64,000 nt of DNA from Aulosira sp. ZfuVER01 (GCA_034530615.2 JAVRCV020000073.1:128001-192000), one strand, 5' to 3'. Shown: positions 28,722 to 39,184, counted from the stretch's first letter. The notes: generated by a model from the sequence alone, not told the origin. Made by a program: numbers and translations.

Positions 28722-30020
28722 CTAAGGATTAATTGTGGCTGAAGATAGCTGTGAATTATTCTTAGTAGGACTTTGACCAATTCGCAGCACTAAGACTGCG
28801 GCTATTAAGCAAAGAACACCCGAAAAAATAAATGCTTGCAGATAACTACCCTGCCAGGTTCTTAGCGCTCCGGCTCCAAAGGCGGCTGTAGCTGCACCGA
28901 GTTGATGTCCTGCAACAATCCAGCCGAACATGACACCGACATTCTCTTTACCGAAGGCGTTGGCTACAAGGCGAACTGTGGGCGGTACTGTAGCAATCCA
29001 GTCGAGTCCGTAGAAGATTGCAAAGATTGAAAGTCCGTAGAATGAGAAGTGAAAACTGAAGGGAAGAAAAATTAAGGATATACCCCGCAGACCATAGTAC
29101 CAGCAAAGTAAGTAGCGATTGTTCCAGCGATCGGACAACCAACCGGAGATAGTTGTCCCGATAAAATCAAAGATTCCCATAATCGCCAGCAGTCCCGCAG
29201 CTTTAACTTCAGGGATACCATGATCGATACAAGCGGGAATTAGATGAGTACCAATGAGTCCGTTAGTGCTGGCACCACAGATAAAAAAACTACTAAATAA
29301 CAACCAAAAATCTCTGGATTTAAGTCCCTGCCAAAGTTTGGTGAGTGTTGAAGTGATGGAATTGACTTTTGGCGGTATGACTTCTACAGTTTCGCTATAA
29401 TCGCCAAAAGGTCGTAAGCCAACTTCCGCAGGGCGATCGCGCATGAATAAAGCGATCGCGGGAGTAACTAAAAGTGCAATACCAGCTAGAGCTAAAGTAG
29501 CTGTTCGCCATCCAAACCTTTCCACAACCGACGCTAACATCGGCAGAAATACCAATTGTCCGGTAGCTGTGCTGGCCGTCAGAATTCCCAGAACCAAACC
29601 CCGCCGTTCCACAAACCAACGATTGACAACAACCGCACCTAATACTAAGGCGATGACTCCGCTACCACTACCGACAATGATTCCCCAAAGCAAGACTAAC
29701 TGCCAGGAAGCTGACATGAAAGTTGTTAAGCCAACACCAAGAGCGATAAAAGCCAGGGCGAATACCATTGTCCGGCGAATACCCATGCGCTCCATAACCG
29801 CAGCCGCAAACGGGCCAATTAGTCCATAGAGGACTAAGTTGAGGGAAATTGCCAAGGATATAGTAGCTCTACTCCAGCCAAACTCCTGCTCCAAGGGTAC
29901 GATCAAAACTCCAGGTGCAGACCGAATTCCGGCTGCTACTAATAACGCTAAGAATGTTAAACCTGCGACAAGCCAGCCATAGTGAAGCGAACGACGTGCT
30001 AAAAACGAGGCTAGGGACAT
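28722..30020 (-). CDS. MFS transporter
   Basis: about 12 TM segments; GWLSDRW motif A. Confidence 0.9.
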   Translation of the reverse strand: MSLASFLARRSLHYGWLVAGLTFLALLVAAGIRSAPGVLIVPLEQEFGWSRATISLAISLNLVLYGLIGPFAAAVMERMGIRRTMVFALAFIALGVGLTTFMSASWQLVLLWGIIVGSGSGVIALVLGAVVVNRWFVERRGLVLGILTASTATGQLVFLPMLASVVERFGWRTATLALAGIALLVTPAIALFMRDRPAEVGLRPFGDYSETVEVIPPKVNSITSTLTKLWQGLKSRDFWLLFSSFFICGASTNGLIGTHLIPACIDHGIPEVKAAGLLAIMGIFDFIGTTISGWLSDRWNNRYLLCWYYGLRGISLIFLPFSFHFSFYGLSIFAIFYGLDWIATVPPTVRLVANAFGKENVGVMFGWIVAGHQLGAATAAFGAGALRTWQGSYLQAFIFSGVLCLIAAVLVLRIGQSPTKNNSQLSSATINP

Positions 30021-30104
30021 GGTTTTTAAGGGATTTGGGAAGGGAACAGATAAACACAGATAATTATCTGCGTTTATCTGCGGTTGAATTTCTACAATTC
30101 AGAA

Positions 30105-30770
30105 TTACCCCTGATATGGGTTGCCGATTGTATCTACAGAAACGTTAGCAGATAAAGGCAAGCGACCCGGATTGAGGCGTGGTTCTGCGGCATAGCCAAC
30201 GGGTACTAAAACTGCGATCGCTAAATCTGGATCGTCTGCTGCACCAATTACCGCCTTCACTTGATCCTCAATCCAACCATTCATAAAGCAGGTGGATAAA
30301 CCTAAACTTTCGGCTGCGAGTACTAAATGGGTAGCCGCAATGATTGCATCTTTGATCGCATATTCGCGTTGCTTGTCTCCTAAGCCAGCTTGAAATTGCG
30401 GTATGGCATTTTTAAAGTAGTTGATTGTACCTTCATTCCATGCACCAGTTTCCAGCGCCTTTTCATAAATTGGAGTCAAGTCTTCTTCTCCAGCCTTGGG
30501 ATTGGCAGCAAACACAAATGTTACAGGTGCTTGGATAATTTGTTGTTGATTCCAAGATGCTGCTGATAATGCCGCCTTTTGTGCTTCATCTTGCACAAGG
30601 ATAATTTGCCAGTCTTGGATATTAAAACTGCTGGGTGCGGCTACCGTTAACTCTACTAGTTGCTTGAGCAGTTCTGGGGCTATAGGGTCTGATTTAAAAG
30701 TTTTAATCGATCGGCGCTTGAGAATAGCACTGGGTACATCTAGAGCTTGTGTTTGTGTAATAACACTCAT
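30105..30770 (-). CDS. nitroreductase family protein
   Basis: RRSIKTF, APSSFNIQDW, LGLSTCFM. Confidence 0.92.
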   Translation of the reverse strand: MSVITQTQALDVPSAILKRRSIKTFKSDPIAPELLKQLVELTVAAPSSFNIQDWQIILVQDEAQKAALSAASWNQQQIIQAPVTFVFAANPKAGEEDLTPIYEKALETGAWNEGTINYFKNAIPQFQAGLGDKQREYAIKDAIIAATHLVLAAESLGLSTCFMNGWIEDQVKAVIGAADDPDLAIAVLVPVGYAAEPRLNPGRLPLSANVSVDTIGNPYQG

Positions 30771-30875
30771 GAGATTCTCCTGATTGTTGAAGTTCCTACG
30801 CTGTTATAGCGCTTTTTGTTGCCGGACTAAATGCTTTTTCGGTGTAAAAGGTTGCTTCCCATTACATCGCAGTCA

Positions 30876-31988
30876 TTATAAACTAACTACTTGTTCGCCA
30901 GTAGCCGACCAAAACGGATAGTCTGTATATCCGTGTTCGCCACCACCATAAAATGTTTCTGGATCTGGTTGATTCAACGGTGCATTTAAAGCAAAGCGTC
31001 GGGGTAAATCCGGATTTGCGATAAATAGAGTGCCAAAGGCGACTAAATCGGCTTCTTTGTTAGCTAAGACAGCATTGCCTTTGTCACGGGTATAACCGGC
31101 ACTGGCAATCAGCGTACCTGTATACTTTTCCCGTAAATAATTAGTTGGTACCGCTGTCCCACCATATTTGATATCTGCATCTGTGGAGTCAACGATATGC
31201 AGATAGGCTAAATTAAATTGGTTGAGTACTTGCGCGATGTAACCAAATGTCTCGAAGGGATTGGAGTCACGCATATCGTTAAATGTGCCGCTAGGAGAAA
31301 GGCGTACCCCTACCCGGTTAGCATCCCAGACGCTAGTGACTGCCTCTATTATCTCTAGTAAGAATCTGACGCGGTTCTCAATACTGCCCCCATACTCATC
31401 TGTACGTTGATTCGTACCATCCCGGAGGAATTGGTCAATTAAATAACCGTTAGCTGCGTGAATTTCTATGCCATCAAACCCAGCTGCTAGAGCATTTATT
31501 GCTGCTTGACGGTATTGTTCGACAATCTCTGGAATTTCTGAGGTTTCTAAAGCACGAGGAGTGACAAAAGGTTTAGACCCCTCGTAGGTGAATGCCTCAC
31601 CTTTAGGCGCGATCGCAGAAGGTGCTACAGGTAATGCCCCATCTGGTTGAAAGTCAGGGTGAGAAATCCTACCTACGTGCCACAGTTGTAGAAAAATTCT
31701 TCCTCCCTGCTGATGCACGGCATCGGTGACTAATTTCCAGCCCGCTACTTGTTCGGCTGAATAAATACCTGGTGTATTAGGATATCCCTGTCCTTGAGGT
31801 GAAATTTGAGTTGCTTCTGCAATAATCAGTCCAGCAGAAGCGCGTTGAGCGTAGTATGTAGCATTTAGTGAATGCGGTACGTTTCCCTTACCTGCTCTTT
31901 GTCTAGTTAAGGGAGCCATAACTATGCGGTTGGGCAGTTCTAAGTCACCCAATTGGTAGGGAGAAAACAAGTTAATACTATTATTCAT
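30876..31988 (-). CDS. alkene reductase (old yellow enzyme, NemA-like)
   Basis: NRIVMAPLTR, QLWHVGR, EIHAANGYLIDQF, FIANPDLP. Confidence 0.93.
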   Translation of the reverse strand: MNNSINLFSPYQLGDLELPNRIVMAPLTRQRAGKGNVPHSLNATYYAQRASAGLIIAEATQISPQGQGYPNTPGIYSAEQVAGWKLVTDAVHQQGGRIFLQLWHVGRISHPDFQPDGALPVAPSAIAPKGEAFTYEGSKPFVTPRALETSEIPEIVEQYRQAAINALAAGFDGIEIHAANGYLIDQFLRDGTNQRTDEYGGSIENRVRFLLEIIEAVTSVWDANRVGVRLSPSGTFNDMRDSNPFETFGYIAQVLNQFNLAYLHIVDSTDADIKYGGTAVPTNYLREKYTGTLIASAGYTRDKGNAVLANKEADLVAFGTLFIANPDLPRRFALNAPLNQPDPETFYGGGEHGYTDYPFWSATGEQVVSL

Positions 31989-32022
31989 TGGTCAGATCTC
32001 TAAAATAATGGGGAAAAATAGA

Positions 32023-32817
32023 CTAAATAATCGACCGAATCACGCCACCATCTACACGTAAAGCGGCGCCATTAGTTGCCGAAGCCAGAGGACTAGCTAG
32101 GTAAACGACGATCGCGGCGACTTCTTCACAAGTTGCAAAGCGTTTGAGCAGGGAAGTGGGACGCAGAGTCCGGAAAAATTCTGCCTCGGCTTCGCTGGGA
32201 GTAACACCGCGTTCTTGCGCTATCTGGGTGATAAATTCTTCCACACCTTCTGAGCGAGTCGGCCCTGGTAATACAGAGTTCACCGTTACCCCAGTACCTA
32301 CACTCATCTCTGCTAAACCTCTGGCGATCGCTAGCTGAGATGTCTTGGTCATGCCATAGTGAATCATTTCTACAGGAATCTGCACCGCAGACTCACTGGA
32401 AATAAAAATTATTCGCCCCCAATTCTGCTGCTGCATCTTTTGCAGATATTGCCGGCTTAAACGAACACCGCTAAGTACGTTAACCTCAAATATATTCAAC
32501 CAGTCTTCGTCAGCGATATCAAAAAATCCTTTTGGCTCGTAAATTCCGAGATTGTTAACCAAGATATCGACGTGAGGAACTTCCGCAAATAGTTGCTTAA
32601 TTCCTTCTTGTGTCCCTAAATCCGCAACTACACCCGAAACTTTAGCTTGCGGATGACTGTGCTGAATTTTAGCGATCGCTTCTGTAACCCGTGCAGCAGA
32701 TCGCCCATTAACTATGACTGATGCACCTTCTTGTACCAGCGCTTGTGCAATGGCTAAACCAATACCTGCGGTTGAGCCACTCACCAGCGCGGATTTACCT
32801 TGTAATTTTAAGTCCAT
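32023..32817 (-). CDS. SDR family oxidoreductase
   Basis: VSGSTAGIG, LVNN, HYGMTK; AGGAG RBS before ATG 32817. Confidence 0.92.
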   Translation of the reverse strand: MDLKLQGKSALVSGSTAGIGLAIAQALVQEGASVIVNGRSAARVTEAIAKIQHSHPQAKVSGVVADLGTQEGIKQLFAEVPHVDILVNNLGIYEPKGFFDIADEDWLNIFEVNVLSGVRLSRQYLQKMQQQNWGRIIFISSESAVQIPVEMIHYGMTKTSQLAIARGLAEMSVGTGVTVNSVLPGPTRSEGVEEFITQIAQERGVTPSEAEAEFFRTLRPTSLLKRFATCEEVAAIVVYLASPLASATNGAALRVDGGVIRSII

Positions 32818-32851
32818 TTGATTCTCCTGGGAGAGAAGGAAAGACAAGGGA

Positions 32852-32940
32852 AGGGAGTGTGGGAGAGGGTGGGGAGTGTGGGGAGAAATAACCAATGACT
32901 CTTGACCCTGGACTCTTGACTCTTAACCCTTGACCCTTGA
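32852..32940. repeat. short tandem repeats (GGGAGTGT-type and TGAC(T/C)CT heptamers)
   Basis: degenerate tandem arrays between trxA2 and the SDR gene. Confidence 0.65.
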
Positions 32941-32998
32941 TTTTGAAGAAACAAAGATTCCCCCCACTCAAGTCTTATAATTAGCCCACTCTAAGCGG

Positions 32999-33331
32999 TT
33001 AACTTTGGGAAATATGCTGTGCTAAAGTCTTAGTCAAAGTGGTTTTGGGCACGGCTCCCACGACCGTATCGACTTGTCGGCCTCCCTTAAATACCATGAG
33101 CGTGGGAATACTCCGAATACCATAGTGACTGGCGACGGTGGGATTTTGATCTGTGTTCAGTTTCACCACTTTCACCTGGCCATCGTATTCGGTAGCGACC
33201 TCATCGACAACCGGAGCGACCATTCTGCAAGGGCCGCACCAAGGTGCCCAAAAGTCTACTAAGACGGGAACTTGGCTTTCAAGGACTTCTTGCTTAAATG
33301 TGGCTTCCGTGACATTTGTAACGGATGACAT
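32999..33331 (-). CDS. trxA2: thioredoxin (TrxA2-like)
   Basis: WCGPC; divergent from a RexT-like regulator. Confidence 0.88.
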   Translation of the reverse strand: MSSVTNVTEATFKQEVLESQVPVLVDFWAPWCGPCRMVAPVVDEVATEYDGQVKVVKLNTDQNPTVASHYGIRSIPTLMVFKGGRQVDTVVGAVPKTTLTKTLAQHISQS

Positions 33332-33355
33332 AATCGTCCTCCTGATTTAATTCTA

Positions 33356-33376
33356 TTATTCGATATTATCGAATAA
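33356..33376. promoter_or_regulatory. palindromic operator, probable RexT site
   Basis: perfect TTATTCGATA-T-TATCGAATAA between trxA2 and the ArsR gene. Confidence 0.75.
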
Positions 33377-33411
33377 GTAAAATATATGCGATTTTATGAG
33401 ATAGTGCAACT

Positions 33412-33762
33412 ATGAGATTTTTGTATCATCCAGATCGAAAAGATATTTCTTTAGCAGGAGTGCTATATGCCTTAGGCGATCCGGTAAGGCTAGAGATTGT
33501 GCGGCTTCTAGCGACTCAGGGGGAGCAGTGCTGTGCTGGGTTTGATTTTGCGATCGCCAAATCAACCATGTCAAATCACTTTAAGATTTTGCGGGAGTCG
33601 GGGGTAGTATTAACTCATAAAGAAGGAACCCAGCACATCAATAGATTGCGACGTGAGGATTTAGAGGTGCTGTTTCCGGGATTGTTGGAAGCAGTTTTGC
33701 GATCGGCTCAACCATTAAATATATGCGCTTCGGCTGATAAACAAACAGCCTCAAAAGCCTAA
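33412..33762 (+). CDS. rexT: ArsR/SmtB-family redox-sensing repressor RexT
   Basis: ALGDPVRLEI...STMSNHFKILRESG; Cys40, Cys41 and Cys105 as recalled for Anabaena RexT; divergent trxA2. Confidence 0.85.
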   Translation: MRFLYHPDRKDISLAGVLYALGDPVRLEIVRLLATQGEQCCAGFDFAIAKSTMSNHFKILRESGVVLTHKEGTQHINRLRREDLEVLFPGLLEAVLRSAQPLNICASADKQTASKA

Positions 33763-33954
33763 GCTTAGTAACGCTTTATCTCAATTCATAGCGATTTTAA
33801 ACGCAGAGAGAAGCCGGAGGGGCTGTTTCCGCCGATCTGAATCAGATAGTACAGCTTTACACAAGTTTCTAACCAAAGTGTAAGCAAGTGTAAAGACTGC
33901 ACCTGTGACGCTACTATAGTTAGGATTAGATTGATATGTAATCTAGACTTAGAA

Positions 33955-34146
33955 TCAAGAGAGTTTGTAATCAGAGTTAGAACATTGCCTAATTTGATAT
34001 TCTCTTAATGCTCCACTAGTAATTACAGTTCTTCTATCTCTTCTAAAAGTAGGGATTTGACCTTTCTGCACAGCCACATACAAATCACTCTGACTCATGC
34101 CTAGACGTTTTGCTGCCTCTGCCAGTGAAATACCTTGCTTGAGCAT
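33955..34146 (-). CDS. small excisionase-like helix-turn-helix protein
   Basis: ISLAEAAKRLGMSQSDLY...GQIP pattern. Confidence 0.7.
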   Translation of the reverse strand: MLKQGISLAEAAKRLGMSQSDLYVAVQKGQIPTFRRDRRTVITSGALREYQIRQCSNSDYKLS

Positions 34147-34389
34147 AAGAGGTTACTTTTCCTTGCAATCGTAATTAGATTGCTATCTAAGCAAATCCTA
34201 ACAGAGTATTAAACGATATTAAGAAATGTAACATTTGGGCTGCTTATAGACATAATAAATATTTCTTATCAGCTTCAGCCTTTGTCTCTATTTATAGCTT
34301 TAGCTAAAAATTAAATTCTTATATATATCTGTTACGTTACCTTACAGACAATGGCAACTCTTATACTGCAATAGATTGGAGTTTTAGTC

Positions 34390-34540
34390 ATGACAGGTTT
34401 TAACAAACCTATAGCTCCTGTTTTAGATGACCGCAACGCTGCACGTTTTGGGTTCACTCCCCAAAGTGAAAATGGGAACAGTCGTTTTGATTAAAGTTTT
34501 TTCTGGACAAGGCTTCCTTCATTTTTGGGGAATCTTGTAA
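34390..34540 (+). pseudogene. high-light-inducible protein (Hli) pseudogene
   Basis: MTGF...RFGFTPQSENGNSRFD* and, in another frame, LIKVFSGQGFLHFWGIL*; AMIG segment missing; GGAG RBS retained. Confidence 0.8.
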
Positions 34541-34573
34541 ATTGATGTAGGCTTTTTCGCCTTCACTCAATGG

Positions 34574-34606
34574 TGCTCGGTTCACTTAGAACCGAGCATT
34601 GATTTT
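34574..34606. terminator. terminator hairpin
   Basis: TGCTCGGTTC-ACTTA-GAACCGAGCA followed by T-rich sequence. Confidence 0.65.
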
Positions 34607-34895
34607 ATATAGCAGTAATTTTGCTGCTTTCCTGGATATTACTTACGCAAGAATTGATGTGTGAACGGATAGCCCGCTCATAAACTATAGTCTGCTTTGT
34701 CGGTCTTCCTACAAGCTGATATATCAGTTTAATTTCAGGAAATTCATCCCAATGCATTAAAAAAATATCATTGCCGGGAGTAGTAATTTCATAATTATTC
34801 TCTTGTCTTTTCTTGCGAAACCTACAATTATTTAGTTTTAATTTTTCTCTAAATAATTTTTCAAATTCTGGAATTAAATTGGAAGTATTACTCAT
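34605..34895 (-). CDS. hypothetical protein
   Basis: 96-aa ORF with ATG start and plausible composition. Confidence 0.6.
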   Translation of the reverse strand: MSNTSNLIPEFEKLFREKLKLNNCRFRKKRQENNYEITTPGNDIFLMHWDEFPEIKLIYQLVGRPTKQTIVYERAIRSHINSCVSNIQESSKITAI

Positions 34896-35198
34896 GCTTT
34901 CTCACTTGAATGTATTACTTAGGCAAACAATATCTCGTGATTTATCTAAGTATGACACCTGAGTTACCTATTTGCATAGTATGTCAGTAAAAGAGTCCAC
35001 CTTTTCAGGAGAACGAAAGTATATATGGTAGTAACTAATTATTGTTTTTTCATAAATATCAGAAAACAATAATTGAAGTAGAAAACTTAAACTGAAATTT
35101 AACCAAGCTTTTGGGCGATGATCTATCTGTCGCAATCATTTTTCAAATTGGTACTAATTAGTTACGAACTTCGGAAATCATGTATTTAGACGTACCAA

Positions 35199-36002
35199 TT
35201 AACCAATTTGGGGTGGTCGAAAATTATAAATATCGCAAATTACTTGTACCCAACCATCAGAGACAGATTCGAGGATGCGATCGCCTTTTTCTTTGGTAGC
35301 AGGTATAGGATCGCCAATGACTCCGCTTTTGCTGATATCCCGCGTTACCCAAGCCACAGGTAATTGACCTTCCCAACTCAGCAAATTACTTTGAGATTGT
35401 TCTGGCGGATACTCAGCCACAGCTTTATCTAGTTTTACCTGCTCTGGTAAAAGTGCCAACATCAGACTAGTTTCAGCATCTCCGGCGTGCATACCTAATT
35501 TTGCTTCCTTGGGAGTGAGTAATTCTTTAGTAATATTAGGCACACGCCATGTAAACAAAGGAAATACCGAAAAGTCACCATACTTAACGTGTAAATCCCG
35601 CGCTGCCATTTGCATGACTTGAGGCTGTCCGCCGTGGGAGTTCATCAACACTAATTTTCTAAATCCAGCACGATAAATACTGTCTCCCACCTCCATAATG
35701 ATTGCCGTGAGTGTTTCTGTACTCAGGGTAATCGTGCCGGGAAAGTGCCAGTGTTCGTTGGATTTACCATAGTTAATACTGGGCAAAGCATAAGCAGGAA
35801 TACTAGAGTCAAGTTTTGCCAAGGCTTTCCCCAACACTCCAACGCCGATTGCAGCATCGACAATTAGCGGTAGATGGGGGCCATGTTGTTCAATTGCTCC
35901 TACTGGTTGGATAATTACCACATTTTCCTTATCTGGCATCGCTTGGATGTCAGTCCAACTGAGGTAGGGAAAAAAGCGTTTTGGGGGTATGAAGCTATGC
36001 AT
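35199..36002 (-). CDS. creatininase family protein
   Basis: GAIEQHGPHLP, SNEHWHFPGT, NSHGG, HAGDAETS. Confidence 0.93.
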   Translation of the reverse strand: MHSFIPPKRFFPYLSWTDIQAMPDKENVVIIQPVGAIEQHGPHLPLIVDAAIGVGVLGKALAKLDSSIPAYALPSINYGKSNEHWHFPGTITLSTETLTAIIMEVGDSIYRAGFRKLVLMNSHGGQPQVMQMAARDLHVKYGDFSVFPLFTWRVPNITKELLTPKEAKLGMHAGDAETSLMLALLPEQVKLDKAVAEYPPEQSQSNLLSWEGQLPVAWVTRDISKSGVIGDPIPATKEKGDRILESVSDGWVQVICDIYNFRPPQIG

Positions 36003-36099
36003 CTGACTAATATCGCGCCATTTTCATCTTACCTGCTGGGTTAGGCGATTTTAATTATGGGGATTTCTCTGTTACCCCTTGCCTGTTCCCCGTTTCCTT

Positions 36100-36843
36100 T
36101 TAATTGCTAGTTAATAAAGAGGCCAGAAGCTCAGGACAAGACAGATGCGGGCAATGGCCAGCAGCTAGCTCAATGGCATCAACTCCTAAGCGCTTGCGTG
36201 CAGCGTAACGTGACCATGCAGGAGACAGTATTCGGTCATTGGTACAAACAATATATTTACACTCAACTGAAGGCAAAGCTTTGAGAGGATTCATTTCAAA
36301 AATATATGCCATAGATTGTTGCGAACGCCTTTTCGCGATTGCCCACTGTGCCACATCCGGTTGACAATCATGATAGAAAAAACCCCTTAATACTGCTGCG
36401 TCAGAAAAATCTTGCCCTACGGAAGCTGGTTCAAACATATCAGGCTCATTGTGGAATTGTTCGAGTTTAGTAGGGTCTTTTGCCTGGTAATTGAATGATT
36501 TGAGCATCTCCGAATCAAGATGATGAGCAAATTGGTCGAGTGTACTGATTCCAGGAGATGGGATCAGCGCTGCTACAAACACTAGTTGACGCACTTTTAC
36601 CACTTCTGCAACCAGAGGAATTATCGTACCAGCCATTGAGTGACCAACTAGCACAATATCATCATCAGTTTTTGGCAGCGCTTGAATAACTGCATCCGCA
36701 AATTGAGACAAAGTAGTAGATGCATTTTCAATTGGCAAATCCATTGCTACAGTTTTGTGACCCTGCGCTTCTAAGTAGGGAATTAGCAAATTCCAACACC
36801 AGGCACCTTGAAAAGCACCGTGAACTAGACAAAAAAGACTCAT
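36100..36843 (-). CDS. alpha/beta hydrolase
   Basis: LVHGAFQGAWCW, GHSMAG, GHCPHLS. Confidence 0.92.
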   Translation of the reverse strand: MSLFCLVHGAFQGAWCWNLLIPYLEAQGHKTVAMDLPIENASTTLSQFADAVIQALPKTDDDIVLVGHSMAGTIIPLVAEVVKVRQLVFVAALIPSPGISTLDQFAHHLDSEMLKSFNYQAKDPTKLEQFHNEPDMFEPASVGQDFSDAAVLRGFFYHDCQPDVAQWAIAKRRSQQSMAYIFEMNPLKALPSVECKYIVCTNDRILSPAWSRYAARKRLGVDAIELAAGHCPHLSCPELLASLLTSN

Positions 36844-37118
36844 ATAAATGGAATAGTGGTAATTGTGGACGAATTTTCTGACTTGTCTTATTTTTCAGCA
36901 AATTTTAAACCTTGACTAGTTTTGATTTTAGATTGCCGATTTTAGCAACTTTGCTATGCCAATATGGTTGGAGTGTGACACCAAAGTATGAGACGATCGC
37001 TGCTGTACAACCAGCATTTAAAATCGCGATCGCGTAGACTTGTAACAATGTTTTAAGATTTTCTAAAATTGTTATCTAGAATACCAACTATTAATAGAAC
37101 GGGTGATATTGTTTATTT

Positions 37119-37192
37119 GTGTGTGAGGAGCAAGTTAAAACGAAAAGCACCTGGGGTGGAAACACGGCAACACTCCCGGGTGTTTTTTGTTT
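37119..37192 (+). ncRNA. yfr2: Yfr2-family small RNA
   Basis: 5' GTGTGAGGAG motif; hairpin with GGAAACACGGCAACA loop; T-tail; TATTGT -10 box at 37107-37112. Confidence 0.8.
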
Positions 37193-37253
37193 CATTTAGA
37201 CAAATAATTGCTTTTACTTAAGATATACAAAAGCTAATATCTTGTTGCTAAAT

Positions 37254-38150
37254 TTAGGGATCAAAGGCGGTCAGCTCACGAATTACATTAAGAAATTCCT
37301 GCAACACAGGTGAAGAATCTTCTTGTCGCCACACGACTACAATCTCTCGTATAAGATTTGCACCTTTGATAGGTCTGTAAACGACACCTGTGCGTTGAAG
37401 ATTTTGAACATTGCTAGGTAGAAGTGCAACTCCTACACCGCCAGCAACTAAACTGAGAACGGTAATCATCCAAGTTGCTTCTTGCACTACCTTAGGGAAA
37501 AAACCAGCTTGCTGACAGAGGTTAATAATCTCAGTGTAGGAAGGAACGATTTCTGGGGAAGGTAAAACAAAAGGCTCATCAGCTATTGCTTTGAGAGGAA
37601 TTTCCGCTTGGGTGGTGAGGGGATGTGTTTGAGGTAATGCAATCACCAAAGACTCGCGCACAATTGGCAGATAGCTCAAGGTAGCATCCTGTTGATGAGA
37701 ATGGGGTAAGCGGTCAAATCCAATATCAAGACGGCGATTATGCAGTTCTTGAATCTGTTCGGAAGCTGTGAGTTCGCGTAAGACTAGTTTTACATGAGGA
37801 AAGCGATCGCGGAATGTTCGCAGCAGATCGGGTAAAAGGCTATTAGCAATTGAACTGTTAGTACCAACTACCAATTGTCCAATTTCGCCGCGACTGGCTC
37901 GTTGTGTTTGTAAAATTGCACGTTCGAGTTGAGTTAAAACTAACCGTGCTTCTTCTAAAAATACTTGTCCCGCAGATGTAAGTTGTAGCGGACGCTTTTT
38001 GCGATCGAGCAGTTTCACACCGATTTCATCTTCGAGGGCGCTAATCTGCTGGCTGAGGGGAGGTTGGGCTATATGCAGACGTTGAGCTGCGTAGCTAAAA
38101 TTCTTTTCTTCAGCCACAGCAATAAAGTAGCGCAGATGTCGAAGTTCCAT
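37254..38150 (-). CDS. LysR family transcriptional regulator
   Basis: MELRHLRYF...AAQRLHIAQPPLSQQI. Confidence 0.95.
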   Translation of the reverse strand: MELRHLRYFIAVAEEKNFSYAAQRLHIAQPPLSQQISALEDEIGVKLLDRKKRPLQLTSAGQVFLEEARLVLTQLERAILQTQRASRGEIGQLVVGTNSSIANSLLPDLLRTFRDRFPHVKLVLRELTASEQIQELHNRRLDIGFDRLPHSHQQDATLSYLPIVRESLVIALPQTHPLTTQAEIPLKAIADEPFVLPSPEIVPSYTEIINLCQQAGFFPKVVQEATWMITVLSLVAGGVGVALLPSNVQNLQRTGVVYRPIKGANLIREIVVVWRQEDSSPVLQEFLNVIRELTAFDP

Positions 38151-38299
38151 TGCTTAGTATGACTACTATATTTTTTATATATAGTGTACTTGTTACAAAA
38201 GTATCTTCAATATAGTTGCTTTCCTTTTATAGTTACAGATAAAGACGGTTAGTCAAGATTCGTGTAACGTGTAGGTTTATTGGGGCGATCGCTATAAGT

Positions 38300-39184
38300 A
38301 TGAGCAAAATCAAGCGTGTTGTGATTGTCGGTGGAACTCACGGAAATGAACTGACAGGAATTTATTTAGTCAAAAAATTTGAGCGATCGCCTCATCTAAT
38401 TCAGCGCTCAAGTTTTGAAAGTCTGACGCTGATTGCAAATCCTAAAGCGTATGCGATCGGTAAAAGGTATGTTGATACTGACCTGAATCGCTGTTTTCTC
38501 CGCCAAGATTTAGAAAACCCTAATTTGTCTAGCTATGAAGCACAACAAGCAAAGATAATTTATCAAACCTTTGGCGATCAAGGTAGCCAGCCAGCAGATT
38601 TTGTGATTGATTTACACAGTTCTACAGCTAATATGGGACTGTCTATTATTTTAGCTAATGAGAATTTATTAAATATTCGATTAGCAGCTTATCTCACATC
38701 AATAAATCCAAAAGTTAAAGTACTATATTCAACAAGTAGAAATCAAGACAGACCTCATCTAGATTCTATTTGTGAATTTGGCTGTACCCTGGAAGTTGGT
38801 GCAGTTGCTCAAAATGTGTTGGATGCTGCCTTATTTCAGGAAACTGAAGAAATTGTTTGCGCAATTTTAGATTATTTAGAAGCCTATAATCAAGGAAATC
38901 CGCCGCTAGGAAAAGATACCATCAGCGTTTATCACAGTATTCAAACAATCGATTATCCCAGAAATGAGTTAGGAGAAATGCAGGCAATGATTCATCCTCA
39001 ACTGCAATTTAGGGATTATCAAGCACTTCATCCGGGAGAGCCAATTTTTTTAACCTTTGAGGGTAAGGAAATTGTTTATGAAGGCGACTTCACTGTGTAC
39101 CCAGTTTTTATTAACGAAGCTGCTTATTACGAAAAAGGTATTGCAATGTGTATAACGCAACTAAGCCATAAAAATATTACTTGA
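38300..39184 (+). CDS. aspartoacylase
   Basis: GGTHGNELTG, DLNRCF, DLHS, FINEAAYYEK. Confidence 0.92.
   Translation: MSKIKRVVIVGGTHGNELTGIYLVKKFERSPHLIQRSSFESLTLIANPKAYAIGKRYVDTDLNRCFLRQDLENPNLSSYEAQQAKIIYQTFGDQGSQPADFVIDLHSSTANMGLSIILANENLLNIRLAAYLTSINPKVKVLYSTSRNQDRPHLDSICEFGCTLEVGAVAQNVLDAALFQETEEIVCAILDYLEAYNQGNPPLGKDTISVYHSIQTIDYPRNELGEMQAMIHPQLQFRDYQALHPGEPIFLTFEGKEIVYEGDFTVYPVFINEAAYYEKGIAMCITQLSHKNIT

Noticed and set aside
29443..29829. Numerous 60-160 aa ORFs antisense to or nested in long genes
   Set aside because: Shadow ORFs of well-supported CDSs with no independent evidence
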